Source: a virus (lineage: Duplodnaviria > Caudoviricetes). From it: a stretch of DNA of 58,594 nucleotides. Shown in pieces: positions 1-9,984 of the stretch. The stretch covers positions 1 to 58,594 of IMG/VR virus record IMGVR_UViG_3300027969_000116, one strand, 5' to 3'. The position numbers were made by a program, and so were the translations under genes. The notes under the pieces were generated by a model. It made no database searches. It was not told the origin of the DNA and was given only the letters and a program-made list of their open reading frames with translations. Position 1 is the first letter of the stretch. Each line of letters opens with the position of its first letter.

Positions 1-1
1 A

Positions 2-1861
2 GAAGATAAACCAATACAAACTATTTCTGAACAAAAAGAACCAATCAAACCAAAACCAACATATAGAACAGAAAAGACAATAAAAGAAGGTATTAGTAAA
101 TTAATTTTAAGAAAATTACTTTCTGAATGTGATTATTTTGATGTTATTAAAAAAGAAGTTCCAATGTTATATGATTCAATTCAGGAAAAAATTAAATATT
201 TTAATCCTGCTTTTCACTCTATGACGCCTGAAGGTTTAAACGCTCGTTTAACATTCCTTAATCAATGTGTTAGACCTGGAGAGACAATACCGGTTATTGG
301 AGACAAGGGACAAATTGTTCAAAATGATGCGTTAAATACATCATTTGGGGCACCTCCGGTATTAGTTTTAAGAATTGGTGATTTTTACAATTGTAAAATA
401 ATACCTAAAGCGGTTTCATTTAGTTACGACCCATTAGTTTTTGATATGAACCCTGAAGGTATTGGTATTCAACCTATGATTGCTAATGTGTCTCTTAATT
501 TTGATATTATTGGTGGTATGGGACTTGAAAAACCGGTGGAACAATTACAAAATGCGTTATCATTTAACTACTATGGTAATACGGAAATTTATGATGAAAG
601 AGCTGTGTGGACTGACGATAGTTGGAAAAAATTAGATAAACAATATTTCCAATCATTAATTGATGAACAACCAACAGTTACACAGGTTGACAATCAACAA
701 ACAAACACTGCGGGTGAAACTATTGGACAAATTCAAACAACCGTTAATGGTGCTAGTGGTCAAACAGGTGATATTACCTATACAAAAATTATGGACAATT
801 TATTAGATGTAAGTCAAGGATATCTTGTTAATATAGTTAACCAATGTGAAAGTACAATTAAATCATATAATGGTGGTATTTGGGAATTAATGTCTAAAGA
901 AAGACAATATCTCGATGGGGAATTCAATTTGGGAACATCAAGTGACTTAGTTACGATATATGGTAAATCTGTTTATCAAGATAAAGTTGATGATTTATTT
1001 ACTACATTACTTGATGATATATCAAGTGGGACTAATTTTATAATTGTTGGGTTGAATGATGTGTTTACCGATACAACGGCGGTTAGAAGTGTTACAACAA
1101 ATTTAACAAATTACATTAATACATTAAAGGCTGACTTTAGTAATGGTATTGAGGAAATTAGCAATAACATAGTCCAACAAGAACAGGATATGGTTCAAGT
1201 TTTTAGAAAAATTAATTATGTTACCACATTATCTGATGGTGTTATTATTGATAATAAACCTAAAATTTATACATTAACCGCAACAGAAGAAGTCAACACT
1301 TCCGGTGCACAAATACAAAGTGATACATTCCAAGAATTAGTATTTGACTATGATTTAGTTGCTGGTAGAATGAATGATTATGATAGAGTTTTAAGTAGTA
1401 CTGATTATAACATTATTAGTGATGATTATTCCGGTCCAGGAGGATTTACGTCAGCGGTTTTCCAAAGTCCATCAGATAAAAGATTTTTTATGGTAATGGC
1501 ACAGGTGTTTAATAATAGAAGTAACTTCAATACATTTAAATCCGAAATTATTACCAATGAATTAGATAATACATATAATGGTTTATCAAAACAATTTAAT
1601 AAGATAGTTGGTGAATTTAGAGATAAAGTTTTAGAAGAATTAGAATCTGAAGAAAAAAATATCAAACTTCTTAAAAAATCTAACGAATATATTACTTGGA
1701 CTAAAGAAAACATTTATAATAAAGGAAAGGTTCGTAAGTTTACTTATACTACAGAACCTTCATCCTCAAATGAGGAACAGACTAAAAACTTATTGTTATT
1801 ATATCAAGGTAATAATGGTGGTGATAAAACAATTTGGACTGATAAAACTCAATTTAATTAA
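2..1861 (+). CDS. Baseplate / tail-tube initiator-like structural protein (T4 gp48/gp54-like domain), 5'-truncated by the window
   Basis: The frame of ORF 164..1861 stays open back to position 2 (EDKPIQTISEQKEP...), so the true start lies upstream. PPVLVLRIGDFYNCKII..VSFSYD..FDMNPEG...PMIANVSLNF resembles tube-fold baseplate proteins. It is followed by LysM-like and hub genes. Confidence 0.55.
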   Translation, partial: EDKPIQTISEQKEPIKPKPTYRTEKTIKEGISKLILRKLLSECDYFDVIKKEVPMLYDSIQEKIKYFNPAFHSMTPEGLNARLTFLNQCVRPGETIPVIGDKGQIVQNDALNTSFGAPPVLVLRIGDFYNCKIIPKAVSFSYDPLVFDMNPEGIGIQPMIANVSLNFDIIGGMGLEKPVEQLQNALSFNYYGNTEIYDERAVWTDDSWKKLDKQYFQSLIDEQPTVTQVDNQQTNTAGETIGQIQTTVNGASGQTGDITYTKIMDNLLDVSQGYLVNIVNQCESTIKSYNGGIWELMSKERQYLDGEFNLGTSSDLVTIYGKSVYQDKVDDLFTTLLDDISSGTNFIIVGLNDVFTDTTAVRSVTTNLTNYINTLKADFSNGIEEISNNIVQQEQDMVQVFRKINYVTTLSDGVIIDNKPKIYTLTATEEVNTSGAQIQSDTFQELVFDYDLVAGRMNDYDRVLSSTDYNIISDDYSGPGGFTSAVFQSPSDKRFFMVMAQVFNNRSNFNTFKSEIITNELDNTYNGLSKQFNKIVGEFRDKVLEELESEEKNIKLLKKSNEYITWTKENIYNKGKVRKFTYTTEPSSSNEEQTKNLLLLYQGNNGGDKTIWTDKTQFN

Positions 1862-1863
1862 AA

Positions 1864-2190
1864 ATGAATAATAGACAAAACTACAATAGATATAATGAAT
1901 TTTTAATGAATGGGGAGCAAAGTGTTGTCCCATATATTTCAATTTCAAGTAAATCGTCTGATAAGAGATATATTTACAAAGTTGGTCAATCTAGAATGGA
2001 TAAAATATCTCAACAATACTATGGGACCCCAACGTTTGGGTGGTTGATTCTTGCGGCTAATCCAATCTTTGGTGGTGTGGAATGGAATATACCGGATGCT
2101 GCTATATTGACAATACCGTTTCCTTTAGTATCATCATTACAAGAATATAAATCACAATTAGACAATCATTTCTATTATTATGGTAGATAA
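1864..2190 (+). CDS. Baseplate wedge LysM-like protein (T4 gp53 / P2 gpX-like)
   Basis: YIYKVGQSRMDKISQQYYGTPTFGWLILAANP...IPDAAILTIP matches the LysM/tail-X pattern. Its position before the hub gene fits. Confidence 0.75.
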   Translation: MNNRQNYNRYNEFLMNGEQSVVPYISISSKSSDKRYIYKVGQSRMDKISQQYYGTPTFGWLILAANPIFGGVEWNIPDAAILTIPFPLVSSLQEYKSQLDNHFYYYGR

Positions 2191-5100
2191 AACCGAAAAT
2201 ATATTAGTCGAATTCGACTACAACAACATTACAATTATTGACCCAAACAAAGTTATTGATAGTGATAATAAAGTAAAGGAAAGGTATGTTAATCAAGAAG
2301 ACTTGGTAATGTATGCAAATCTTGAGTGTAGTGTATTACCAAGAACAAAATTGGCAATTGGTACGGGAAATAATGACTCAATTAGAACTATATCTATTGC
2401 TAAAATTAATTTTTTAAAACCGGGAGATAAGGCTTATTTAGATAATTCATATACTGACGAGTTAACCGGTAAAGGTGCCATAAAAGGTGATGGTGTTAAT
2501 CAACCTAAATTCAATAGTGTTGTTAATCCAAATAATAGTGATGATTTTTATCTGAAACAAACAATTAGTTCAGGTGGTAAACCCGGTGCAACGGATAATG
2601 GATTATTAGGTATAACCTCAATTAATATTAGACAAGGGTTAGATTTTTTACCAACAATTGATGTCAGATTAGTTGATGTTAAAGGTCGTGCATTATTTGA
2701 AGCCGGTGATAATTCACCATACGCAGCCTTTTTTAATTTACCATATCCATTATTTTATTTAACAATTAAAGGTTATTTTGGTAAAGCGGTTAGATTAGGG
2801 TTAATGTTACAAAATTTTACAACAACATATAATGCGGAAACATCTAACTTTACTGTTGATTTAAAATTTTATACATACAAGTATACGGTACTAAGTGATA
2901 TAACGATGGGGGCTCTTTTAGCTACCCCACATATGTATCAATCACGATTTAATATTAGTCAAACTAGTGGTGGTCCAAGTACAACAACAAGAACTAATAA
3001 TGTTGTTGTTGAAAGAGGTTACCAAAAAATTAGAGAAATGTATAGTGAGTATAAATCAAAAGGTTTAATACCTACTGATTTTCCTGAGATTACATTAATG
3101 CAAATGAAAGATAGATTAGATAATTTTATAAAAAATATTCTTGATTCATTTGTCAAACAAAATTTAGACCCATTAACCAATTTAGAAACTTATGGTAATC
3201 AATTATTTGATTATCAAAAAGAAGTATTTTATACCCTTAAAACTTCTTGGTTTAACGAGTTTATGGATAATGAAAATTGTTATATTAAAAAGAAAACAGG
3301 GCAAAAAATATACACATTTAAGAAAAATTTAGATGGTCAGAAAAAAAATGATGCAATTTCAAAATTAAAAGGTATACTTGACAAATATAATAAACTACTT
3401 AATGAAAATGTTACTTGTGGTAATGTTGATGGTAAAGGTAGTTATACTATTGATGGTAAAGTTACAAAATGTTCAATACCTAATGGTATTACTTATGAAA
3501 AAGTGTTTCCAATAAAGATAACCTCTGATGATATTGATTTAACGGAAACATATAAATTACAAAGAAAAAATAGTCAACCCACACCTGAAGATTTAACAAA
3601 ATTCCAAGCGGAATTACAAAATAATAATCGTTTTCAGAGTCTTGATATAACTCTTAAAAACGGGGCAATTCAGTCGATATCACAATACTTTGTTTTTGAA
3701 GGTACTAATTCATTTATCGATTTAACTGATAAAATGAATAAAGACTTAAAAACAAAGAGAAATGAAATTGAAGATGCGTTAACTAAAGCTCTTGCGTCAT
3801 TATTGGAAAATAAAGATAACGGGATTGGGTTTGTTCCAACAATTAGAAACGTATTAGCGGTTATTTTTGCAAATGGTGAGGCGTTTTTACGTTTATTGGA
3901 TGAAGTTCATACTAAAGCTTGGGAACAGAGGGATAGTAAAATTAGAAAGGGTGTAATTTTTAATCAAGAAATTGCAAATGCGAGTGCTGATAATAAAACT
4001 TCAGGTGATGATAAAAATCAACCAGTATATCCTTGGCCTCAAGTAATTAAACAAACACCGGGTGAAAATGGTCAAGAAAAATATGAATTAAGATATCCGG
4101 GTGATAGTGATATTATTGGAGAAACAAAAGGTTTTTTATATGATGTATGGCCTGAAATTCAGTTTGTTGAGGAATTTATTAATGGTATGACTCAAAAAAC
4201 ACCACCTCCACCTCCACCAACAAAATCTTCAAATTCTGCTACAGAACCAAGAAGAGTTTCATTAGGGGCAATTGAATTCCCTGTAAACAATGAGATTTAT
4301 GAAAATAAAGTTGTGAGTAAATATCTTTATGAGATGTATGAGAGAACCTTATTAACATCTCATTATTCAAAATTAGATAGAACAACTAATTTTACATCGG
4401 AGGCGGATAAAGTTTCAAACGTCATTAGTGAGGGAGAGTCTATTAATATACAAGATAGTGTATCAGATAATAGTGATGTTGAATTGATTAAGACATTAAA
4501 GGAGTATAATCTTAATAATTTCCAAGCGGTTTTAAAACATATTTCAAATGAAGGAAATGGAGCTAGTTGGCAAAATTATATACGAGGAATTTTTAATACG
4601 GGTTATATTAAAAATACGGTTGAGAATGCTTCATTTGCATTTATACCTAATAGTGAAATAGATAGTTCACTTTCACAACCTTTAGTTTCATTAAATAATG
4701 AAAAAGATATTGTTAATTATATTGCAACATCAACAACTTCAAATAAATATGATTTTACTGACACTTATCCTTTTACCGATAATAATTGGGTTAAAAGTAG
4801 TTTAGCTAATGGGATTGCTACTGATGAAAAATTGGCGTTTAATACGACTAAAACATTATTATATAATCCAACTAAAAAAATTGTTTCAAATTTTAATGAT
4901 AATCAATCTGAGGACACTAAAAAACCAATAACTAATTTTGTTTATAAAAACATAAAAACACCTGAGATAATTAATAATGATTTTAGAAACTTTTATGCAA
5001 CTAGAACATATGAAAATCAATTACCAACTGAAGGTGATGTTAAATATTTAAATTATAGTGGAATAGTTAGTAACTATCAAACAACATCAATTTTTAATAC

Positions 5101-8100
5101 TCCGTATTTTATAAACGCAATTCAGGAAGGGGTTGAGAGTGATAAAAATGGTGATACTAATCCATATCTTAGTGCTGCTTATTTATTCATTAATAGTTTA
5201 CCTCTATCAACATTAAGAGAGAAATATAAAAATTATACAGGTAATGAAACAAACTATTCTGATGAAAGTTTGGATTACATATTTGCGTCTATGAAAAAAT
5301 TCGCTGCGGTCCATAAGGTTCCGTATGCTTGGGTTTTAAAAATAGGTTCAATTTGGCATCGTTATAAAAAATATGTTAATACTAATGTTGATATCTTAAC
5401 TAATTGTTGGAATAATTTTGATTATGTTAATAATTTTGACCCGGTAACTAATAGTAAAACAAAGACGTATTCAATCATACTTCCGGGACAAACAGGTACT
5501 ACAACAATTGTGTTGGAACAATATTTGACCGCAACAACGGTTGGTGGGATAAGTTATAATACAACAATTAACACAGGATTTTATCCTAAATTAATTAACG
5601 ATTTTAATGTTTTTTATCAAGGATATAATATTTTTACAGGGTACACCAATAGTGGTATTCAAAAAGCGTTTACTGATGGTCTTGTTATGACGTATGTTCC
5701 GGAGGCGGTTATCAATAACGTACAAGGAATTCCGACAGGATATAATATAAATAATCGAGTAATACCCTGGTCGGTATCGGTTAATGGGGATTATGGTCAA
5801 TATAAATTTGTGTTTCCATCTAATGGAAGTTTGGTTAACCAAACACAAAGTGAGTGTTTTAACATTCTAGGCCAAATGATTGAAGATGTGTCTGGAAATA
5901 CTTCTATGTATAATGGGTCTGTTAGATTATTTTGGACAGCACCTAATTATGGTTATTTTGATAATGCTAAAGTTAGTAAACCTGAGCCAATTCATTATTT
6001 AAAAGAAATATTTTCCGGTCAATCTGCGCAAGAAAATTTCTCAATAAATGGGAAGTCAACTGATTACACAAAAATGAGTGAAATATTTTCGGTGTTTGAT
6101 AGAGACGCATTAGACCAATTTGAAAATGAATTTTTAAACTTCTCAATATCGACCTATAATTATGAAGTTGACCCTAACTCTACAGAAACAGATACTGAAA
6201 AATCATTTAAAAATTTTCAATCATTGATGAGGATTATGATGAAAATTCCTAATACTAATTTTAATAATGATTTATCGGTTGAAGAAGTTCAATCAAAACA
6301 ATTAACAAATGTTTCAAATATAATTTCTGAATTTTTAAATTATGACAGTTATTTTAAAATAGGTAATCCATCATCATTTAATAAACAATTGTTTTATACT
6401 TTTACAAGTAAGTATTCAGTTAGTGGTAGTAAACATTATATAGCCACACCGGTTACTTGGGATTATTATAATTATGTTACACCAAATTCATTACCTACAG
6501 GAACAACCTTAAATAATTCAATTACAACATATCCGTTAGAGTGGAAGGCTTTGGATACTTATGTTGGGTTTTCTGAGATACCTCAATTAACCTATAAAGA
6601 TGGGGGTTCATATATTACAGATTTCTTTATTGATTGTAATATTGCGTTTGATGTTTATAATATTGAAAAATTGGCACCAATAATTAAAATCTACGCCACT
6701 CAAAAATTAAAAGATAATACTTTGAATTACGATAAGTTTGTTAAATTAATGGATGGTTATTTAGATAATTTAGATTCGTTTAATGATAGAATTATTAATA
6801 GTACTATTCTTAAAATACAGAAAGCGTTACCGAATGTTAATTTTACTTCTCAAGAAAAACCTGAAACTGTTTTAGAGAGTAAACAAAGTAAACTTGAATT
6901 ATGGGAATCATTTAAGGCAACAAATGATAAATGGATTTCGGGAACCGATTTTAAAGAAAAAACATTATTTGAAGATGTTTTATTATTGGACAGAGCAAGT
7001 CGAGATGTTGGTAATTTGATTCTTGTTGATGTACAAAAATTAAAAAATAACTTAACAGACATTAATGTTAAAACAACTATGTTAGTGTACATCCAAACAA
7101 TATTAGTTGAAAATAATTTTGTTGTGATGAATATACCATCATATGTTAATTTTTATAATGTTCAAGATGCGGTTAAAAATCCAAAACCAAAACCGGAGGG
7201 AACTTTAGAGTTTGCAAACTCGTTATTTGGTACATTTATGAATGTTGATTATAGAAACTCATCGGCAAAAATGGTTTGTTTTTATGCTGGTAAACCAAGT
7301 GAACAATTAGATTTAAAAGAGAATGTTGATTATCGTTATAGAAGTGATGCGTTTGATTTAAGACGTGTTGATAATCCATTAGTGGAAAACCAAATAGGTA
7401 AAAACGATTGGGATAAGTCAAACAAAGTTGTTGGGTTTAATGTGGATATTGGGCCTCAAAATCAATCAATATTTAAAGGATTTAATGTATCACAAAACCC
7501 TGGAAAGGCGACTGCTGAGTCATTAGAAGTTTTAAATCAAATGGCTAATCAATCAAACAATAGAGGAGGTGCTACCCAAAACAATTCATTATATAATTTA
7601 TATAAAAATAGAAGTTATTCTTGTCAGGTAACTATGATGGGTAACGCTATGATACAACCTACAATGTATTTTAATTTAAGATATGTTCCTATGTTTAGTG
7701 GTCCATATATGATTCAAACAGTTAATCATTCAATATCTCCGGGTAACTTTGAAACAACGTTTGAGGGTATTAGACAACCAACAGCATCATTACCTAAGGT
7801 GGACAATTATATTCAATCTTTAAAAACAACATTATTACAATCAATTATAGACAAAAATAAAAAAGATAGGCAAGAAAAAGAAAAGGCAATTAAATCTACG
7901 ACCGCAACTACTACTAATACTAATATTAAAAAACAAACTAGTGATAAAGTTGATGAAAATACAAAACAAGATGGTACAAAACAAAGTAATAGTCAAAATT
8001 GTACACCCAAAGAAAAATATAATAAATTTACGGTGACTGATGATAAAGTAAGTTCTAGTGCAACATATAAAGAAGTTGTTGATTTAATATTGTCAAAAAC

Positions 8101-8950
8101 TAAGGATAAACCGGAAAAATTAAGATATGTTGTTTTTGCTACAATGTATATAAGGTCATCTCAAAGTGGTATGTTACAATCTCAATCCAATAATTATAGT
8201 GCTGTGGATTTATTACAAGATTGGGGACCATCTGTTGAACCTTTTTTTACCACTAAAAAATATTATTGTAGTGATTCAAATAAACCATATGTTGTGTTTG
8301 ATAGTTTAAATCAAAATGTTGATTTTTTAATTTCTAGATATGAAAAAAGAGTTGCTAACATTGCTACTATATCGGCAACAGATATTACTAAATTCATTAT
8401 ATTAAATGCTGACTCAGATATAAGTCCGGATTCTGTTTATACATCAATGAGTTCTACAGATATTCAAACAATTGAAAGTCGTGTGCAAGAATCTATTCAA
8501 AAATTTAATCCAATATCAGGTAATTACACCAATACACCACCACCGGCGGACGTTCCGGCTCCAGACCCATTCGATTTTGTTGTTGAAGAAGTGGGCGGCT
8601 CATTTAATAAGTTGACGGTAACCATAAAACCAAATGTTGGTGTATGGAAAATGTTTGTTGCTGAATATAAATATTACAAAGTAACATCTGAATGTGGTAG
8701 TTCCGAGGGGTCAGGAAGAAGGTTAGATGAGTATTTTTCAACAAATAAAGAAACGTTTACAATAACTAGACAAAATATTTTGGATGATGAGGGTTGTGGT
8801 GCAACGACGGCTCAAAAAGATTTAGTTGGTAAATATACATACCGTATATGGATTTATGCAAATCTCGATTTACCGGTAACTAATGTTGGAGAAAGTTCAA
8901 GACAACAAGCAATTTGGAATGACTACGTTATTAGTTTTGAGATAAAATAA
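2180..8950 (+). CDS. Giant baseplate hub protein (gp27 / P2 gpD / VgrG-like), 2256 aa
   Basis: N-terminal GITSINIR..PTIDVRLVDVKG..LFYLTIKGY and late YSCQVTMMGNAMIQPTMYFNL..FSGPYMIQTVNHSISPGNFETTFEG are typical hub/late-control-D motifs. Confidence 0.65.
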   Translation: MVDKTENILVEFDYNNITIIDPNKVIDSDNKVKERYVNQEDLVMYANLECSVLPRTKLAIGTGNNDSIRTISIAKINFLKPGDKAYLDNSYTDELTGKGAIKGDGVNQPKFNSVVNPNNSDDFYLKQTISSGGKPGATDNGLLGITSINIRQGLDFLPTIDVRLVDVKGRALFEAGDNSPYAAFFNLPYPLFYLTIKGYFGKAVRLGLMLQNFTTTYNAETSNFTVDLKFYTYKYTVLSDITMGALLATPHMYQSRFNISQTSGGPSTTTRTNNVVVERGYQKIREMYSEYKSKGLIPTDFPEITLMQMKDRLDNFIKNILDSFVKQNLDPLTNLETYGNQLFDYQKEVFYTLKTSWFNEFMDNENCYIKKKTGQKIYTFKKNLDGQKKNDAISKLKGILDKYNKLLNENVTCGNVDGKGSYTIDGKVTKCSIPNGITYEKVFPIKITSDDIDLTETYKLQRKNSQPTPEDLTKFQAELQNNNRFQSLDITLKNGAIQSISQYFVFEGTNSFIDLTDKMNKDLKTKRNEIEDALTKALASLLENKDNGIGFVPTIRNVLAVIFANGEAFLRLLDEVHTKAWEQRDSKIRKGVIFNQEIANASADNKTSGDDKNQPVYPWPQVIKQTPGENGQEKYELRYPGDSDIIGETKGFLYDVWPEIQFVEEFINGMTQKTPPPPPPTKSSNSATEPRRVSLGAIEFPVNNEIYENKVVSKYLYEMYERTLLTSHYSKLDRTTNFTSEADKVSNVISEGESINIQDSVSDNSDVELIKTLKEYNLNNFQAVLKHISNEGNGASWQNYIRGIFNTGYIKNTVENASFAFIPNSEIDSSLSQPLVSLNNEKDIVNYIATSTTSNKYDFTDTYPFTDNNWVKSSLANGIATDEKLAFNTTKTLLYNPTKKIVSNFNDNQSEDTKKPITNFVYKNIKTPEIINNDFRNFYATRTYENQLPTEGDVKYLNYSGIVSNYQTTSIFNTPYFINAIQEGVESDKNGDTNPYLSAAYLFINSLPLSTLREKYKNYTGNETNYSDESLDYIFASMKKFAAVHKVPYAWVLKIGSIWHRYKKYVNTNVDILTNCWNNFDYVNNFDPVTNSKTKTYSIILPGQTGTTTIVLEQYLTATTVGGISYNTTINTGFYPKLINDFNVFYQGYNIFTGYTNSGIQKAFTDGLVMTYVPEAVINNVQGIPTGYNINNRVIPWSVSVNGDYGQYKFVFPSNGSLVNQTQSECFNILGQMIEDVSGNTSMYNGSVRLFWTAPNYGYFDNAKVSKPEPIHYLKEIFSGQSAQENFSINGKSTDYTKMSEIFSVFDRDALDQFENEFLNFSISTYNYEVDPNSTETDTEKSFKNFQSLMRIMMKIPNTNFNNDLSVEEVQSKQLTNVSNIISEFLNYDSYFKIGNPSSFNKQLFYTFTSKYSVSGSKHYIATPVTWDYYNYVTPNSLPTGTTLNNSITTYPLEWKALDTYVGFSEIPQLTYKDGGSYITDFFIDCNIAFDVYNIEKLAPIIKIYATQKLKDNTLNYDKFVKLMDGYLDNLDSFNDRIINSTILKIQKALPNVNFTSQEKPETVLESKQSKLELWESFKATNDKWISGTDFKEKTLFEDVLLLDRASRDVGNLILVDVQKLKNNLTDINVKTTMLVYIQTILVENNFVVMNIPSYVNFYNVQDAVKNPKPKPEGTLEFANSLFGTFMNVDYRNSSAKMVCFYAGKPSEQLDLKENVDYRYRSDAFDLRRVDNPLVENQIGKNDWDKSNKVVGFNVDIGPQNQSIFKGFNVSQNPGKATAESLEVLNQMANQSNNRGGATQNNSLYNLYKNRSYSCQVTMMGNAMIQPTMYFNLRYVPMFSGPYMIQTVNHSISPGNFETTFEGIRQPTASLPKVDNYIQSLKTTLLQSIIDKNKKDRQEKEKAIKSTTATTTNTNIKKQTSDKVDENTKQDGTKQSNSQNCTPKEKYNKFTVTDDKVSSSATYKEVVDLILSKTKDKPEKLRYVVFATMYIRSSQSGMLQSQSNNYSAVDLLQDWGPSVEPFFTTKKYYCSDSNKPYVVFDSLNQNVDFLISRYEKRVANIATISATDITKFIILNADSDISPDSVYTSMSSTDIQTIESRVQESIQKFNPISGNYTNTPPPADVPAPDPFDFVVEEVGGSFNKLTVTIKPNVGVWKMFVAEYKYYKVTSECGSSEGSGRRLDEYFSTNKETFTITRQNILDDEGCGATTAQKDLVGKYTYRIWIYANLDLPVTNVGESSRQQAIWNDYVISFEIK

Positions 8951-8968
8951 CATTTACAAATAAACAGA

Positions 8969-8976
8969 TATTTATA
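8969..8976 (+). promoter_or_regulatory. TATTTATA motif, putative phage late promoter
   Basis: Intergenic, 13 nt before ATG 8990. The motif recurs upstream of many genes on the coding strand. Confidence 0.5.
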
Positions 8977-8989
8977 TATAAAAAAGATT

Positions 8990-9214
8990 ATGGACACAAA
9001 ATCATTATTAGAAAATTACTTAGGTAAAAAAACTCGTACTACGGAAAAAGATATGGGTAACGGCTCAAAGCAAGTTTGCGATTTAGATTCAGGAGATTGT
9101 TATACAATTAGAATGAAAGACGGTCTAATTGAAAGAGTTGACAATACAATGAGTCAAAATAGAAAAATACAGGTTGAAACAACAACCGGTGTAAAACAAT
9201 TATTAAACGGATAA
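8990..9214 (+). CDS. Small hypothetical protein
   Basis: 74-aa ORF filling the gap, preceded by TATTTATA and coupled to the next ORF. Confidence 0.7.
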   Translation: MDTKSLLENYLGKKTRTTEKDMGNGSKQVCDLDSGDCYTIRMKDGLIERVDNTMSQNRKIQVETTTGVKQLLNG

Positions 9215-9215
9215 T

Positions 9216-9884
9216 ATGAAAAAAATTGATAATAGAATTTTAGAGGAAATTGCTAGATATAATTCAATCAATAATTATATTGTTGAACAGGATGCTACTT
9301 TACCACCACCTCCGGGTGAGGGAGACCCTAACGTAGCACCACCTGGTGGAGCTCCGGCACCCGCTGACCCGAATGTTGCTCCTGCAGCTCCTGCAGCTCC
9401 CGCAGGACCACAACCGGTTGATTTAGAAAATGACCCTGATGTAGAAAAAGTTGGTGAAGGAGATTCTGAAGGTAAAACTGAAGAAATGGATATTACCGAT
9501 TTAGTAAAATCTCAGAAAAAAGTTGAACAAAAACAAGAAGAGTATTTTGAAAACTTATTCCAACATTTAGATAATTTAGAAAGTAAATTAGGTGAGATGG
9601 ATGGTATTATGTCTAAATTAAATGACTTAGAAATGAAGGTTGAAAAATATAGAGAAAAAACTCCTCAAGAAAAATTAGAACTTAGAAGTTTAGATTCGGG
9701 ACCATTCAACCAAAAATTAAGTCAATTCTTTGATGATAAAGAAGAGGATATGGAAAAATCCGGAAAAAATGAATATATTTTAACTCAAGATGATGTTGAA
9801 GATTATTCACCGGTTGAAATTAAAAAAACATTTAGAAATTTTGGAGATGAAGGAAAACCAACATCATTCCAACAATTAAGATAA
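9216..9884 (+). CDS. Pro/Ala-rich, acidic coiled-coil protein (possible head/scaffold-associated)
   Basis: 222 aa with a PPPPGEG..APAAPAAP linker, a heptad region (QHLDNLESKLGEMDGIMSKLNDLEMKVEK) and an N-terminal ILEEI motif. Confidence 0.6.
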   Translation: MKKIDNRILEEIARYNSINNYIVEQDATLPPPPGEGDPNVAPPGGAPAPADPNVAPAAPAAPAGPQPVDLENDPDVEKVGEGDSEGKTEEMDITDLVKSQKKVEQKQEEYFENLFQHLDNLESKLGEMDGIMSKLNDLEMKVEKYREKTPQEKLELRSLDSGPFNQKLSQFFDDKEEDMEKSGKNEYILTQDDVEDYSPVEIKKTFRNFGDEGKPTSFQQLR

Positions 9885-9889
9885 ATAAG

Positions 9890-9916
9890 ACGGACTAAAA
9901 AAGTCCGTTTTATTTT
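9890..9916 (+). terminator. Rho-independent terminator
   Basis: ACGGACT-aaaaa-AGTCCGT hairpin followed by TTTATTTT. Confidence 0.8.
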
Positions 9917-9926
9917 CACAAACAAT

Positions 9927-9955
9927 TTGACAAACACACGGCTGACACTTATACT
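9927..9955 (+). promoter_or_regulatory. Sigma70-like promoter for the replication block
   Basis: TTGACA (9927-9932), 17 nt, TATACT (9950-9955), directly after a terminator and before the SSB gene. Confidence 0.7.
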
Positions 9956-9984
9956 TTTATAAACCTTTAAATATTTTAAACACT

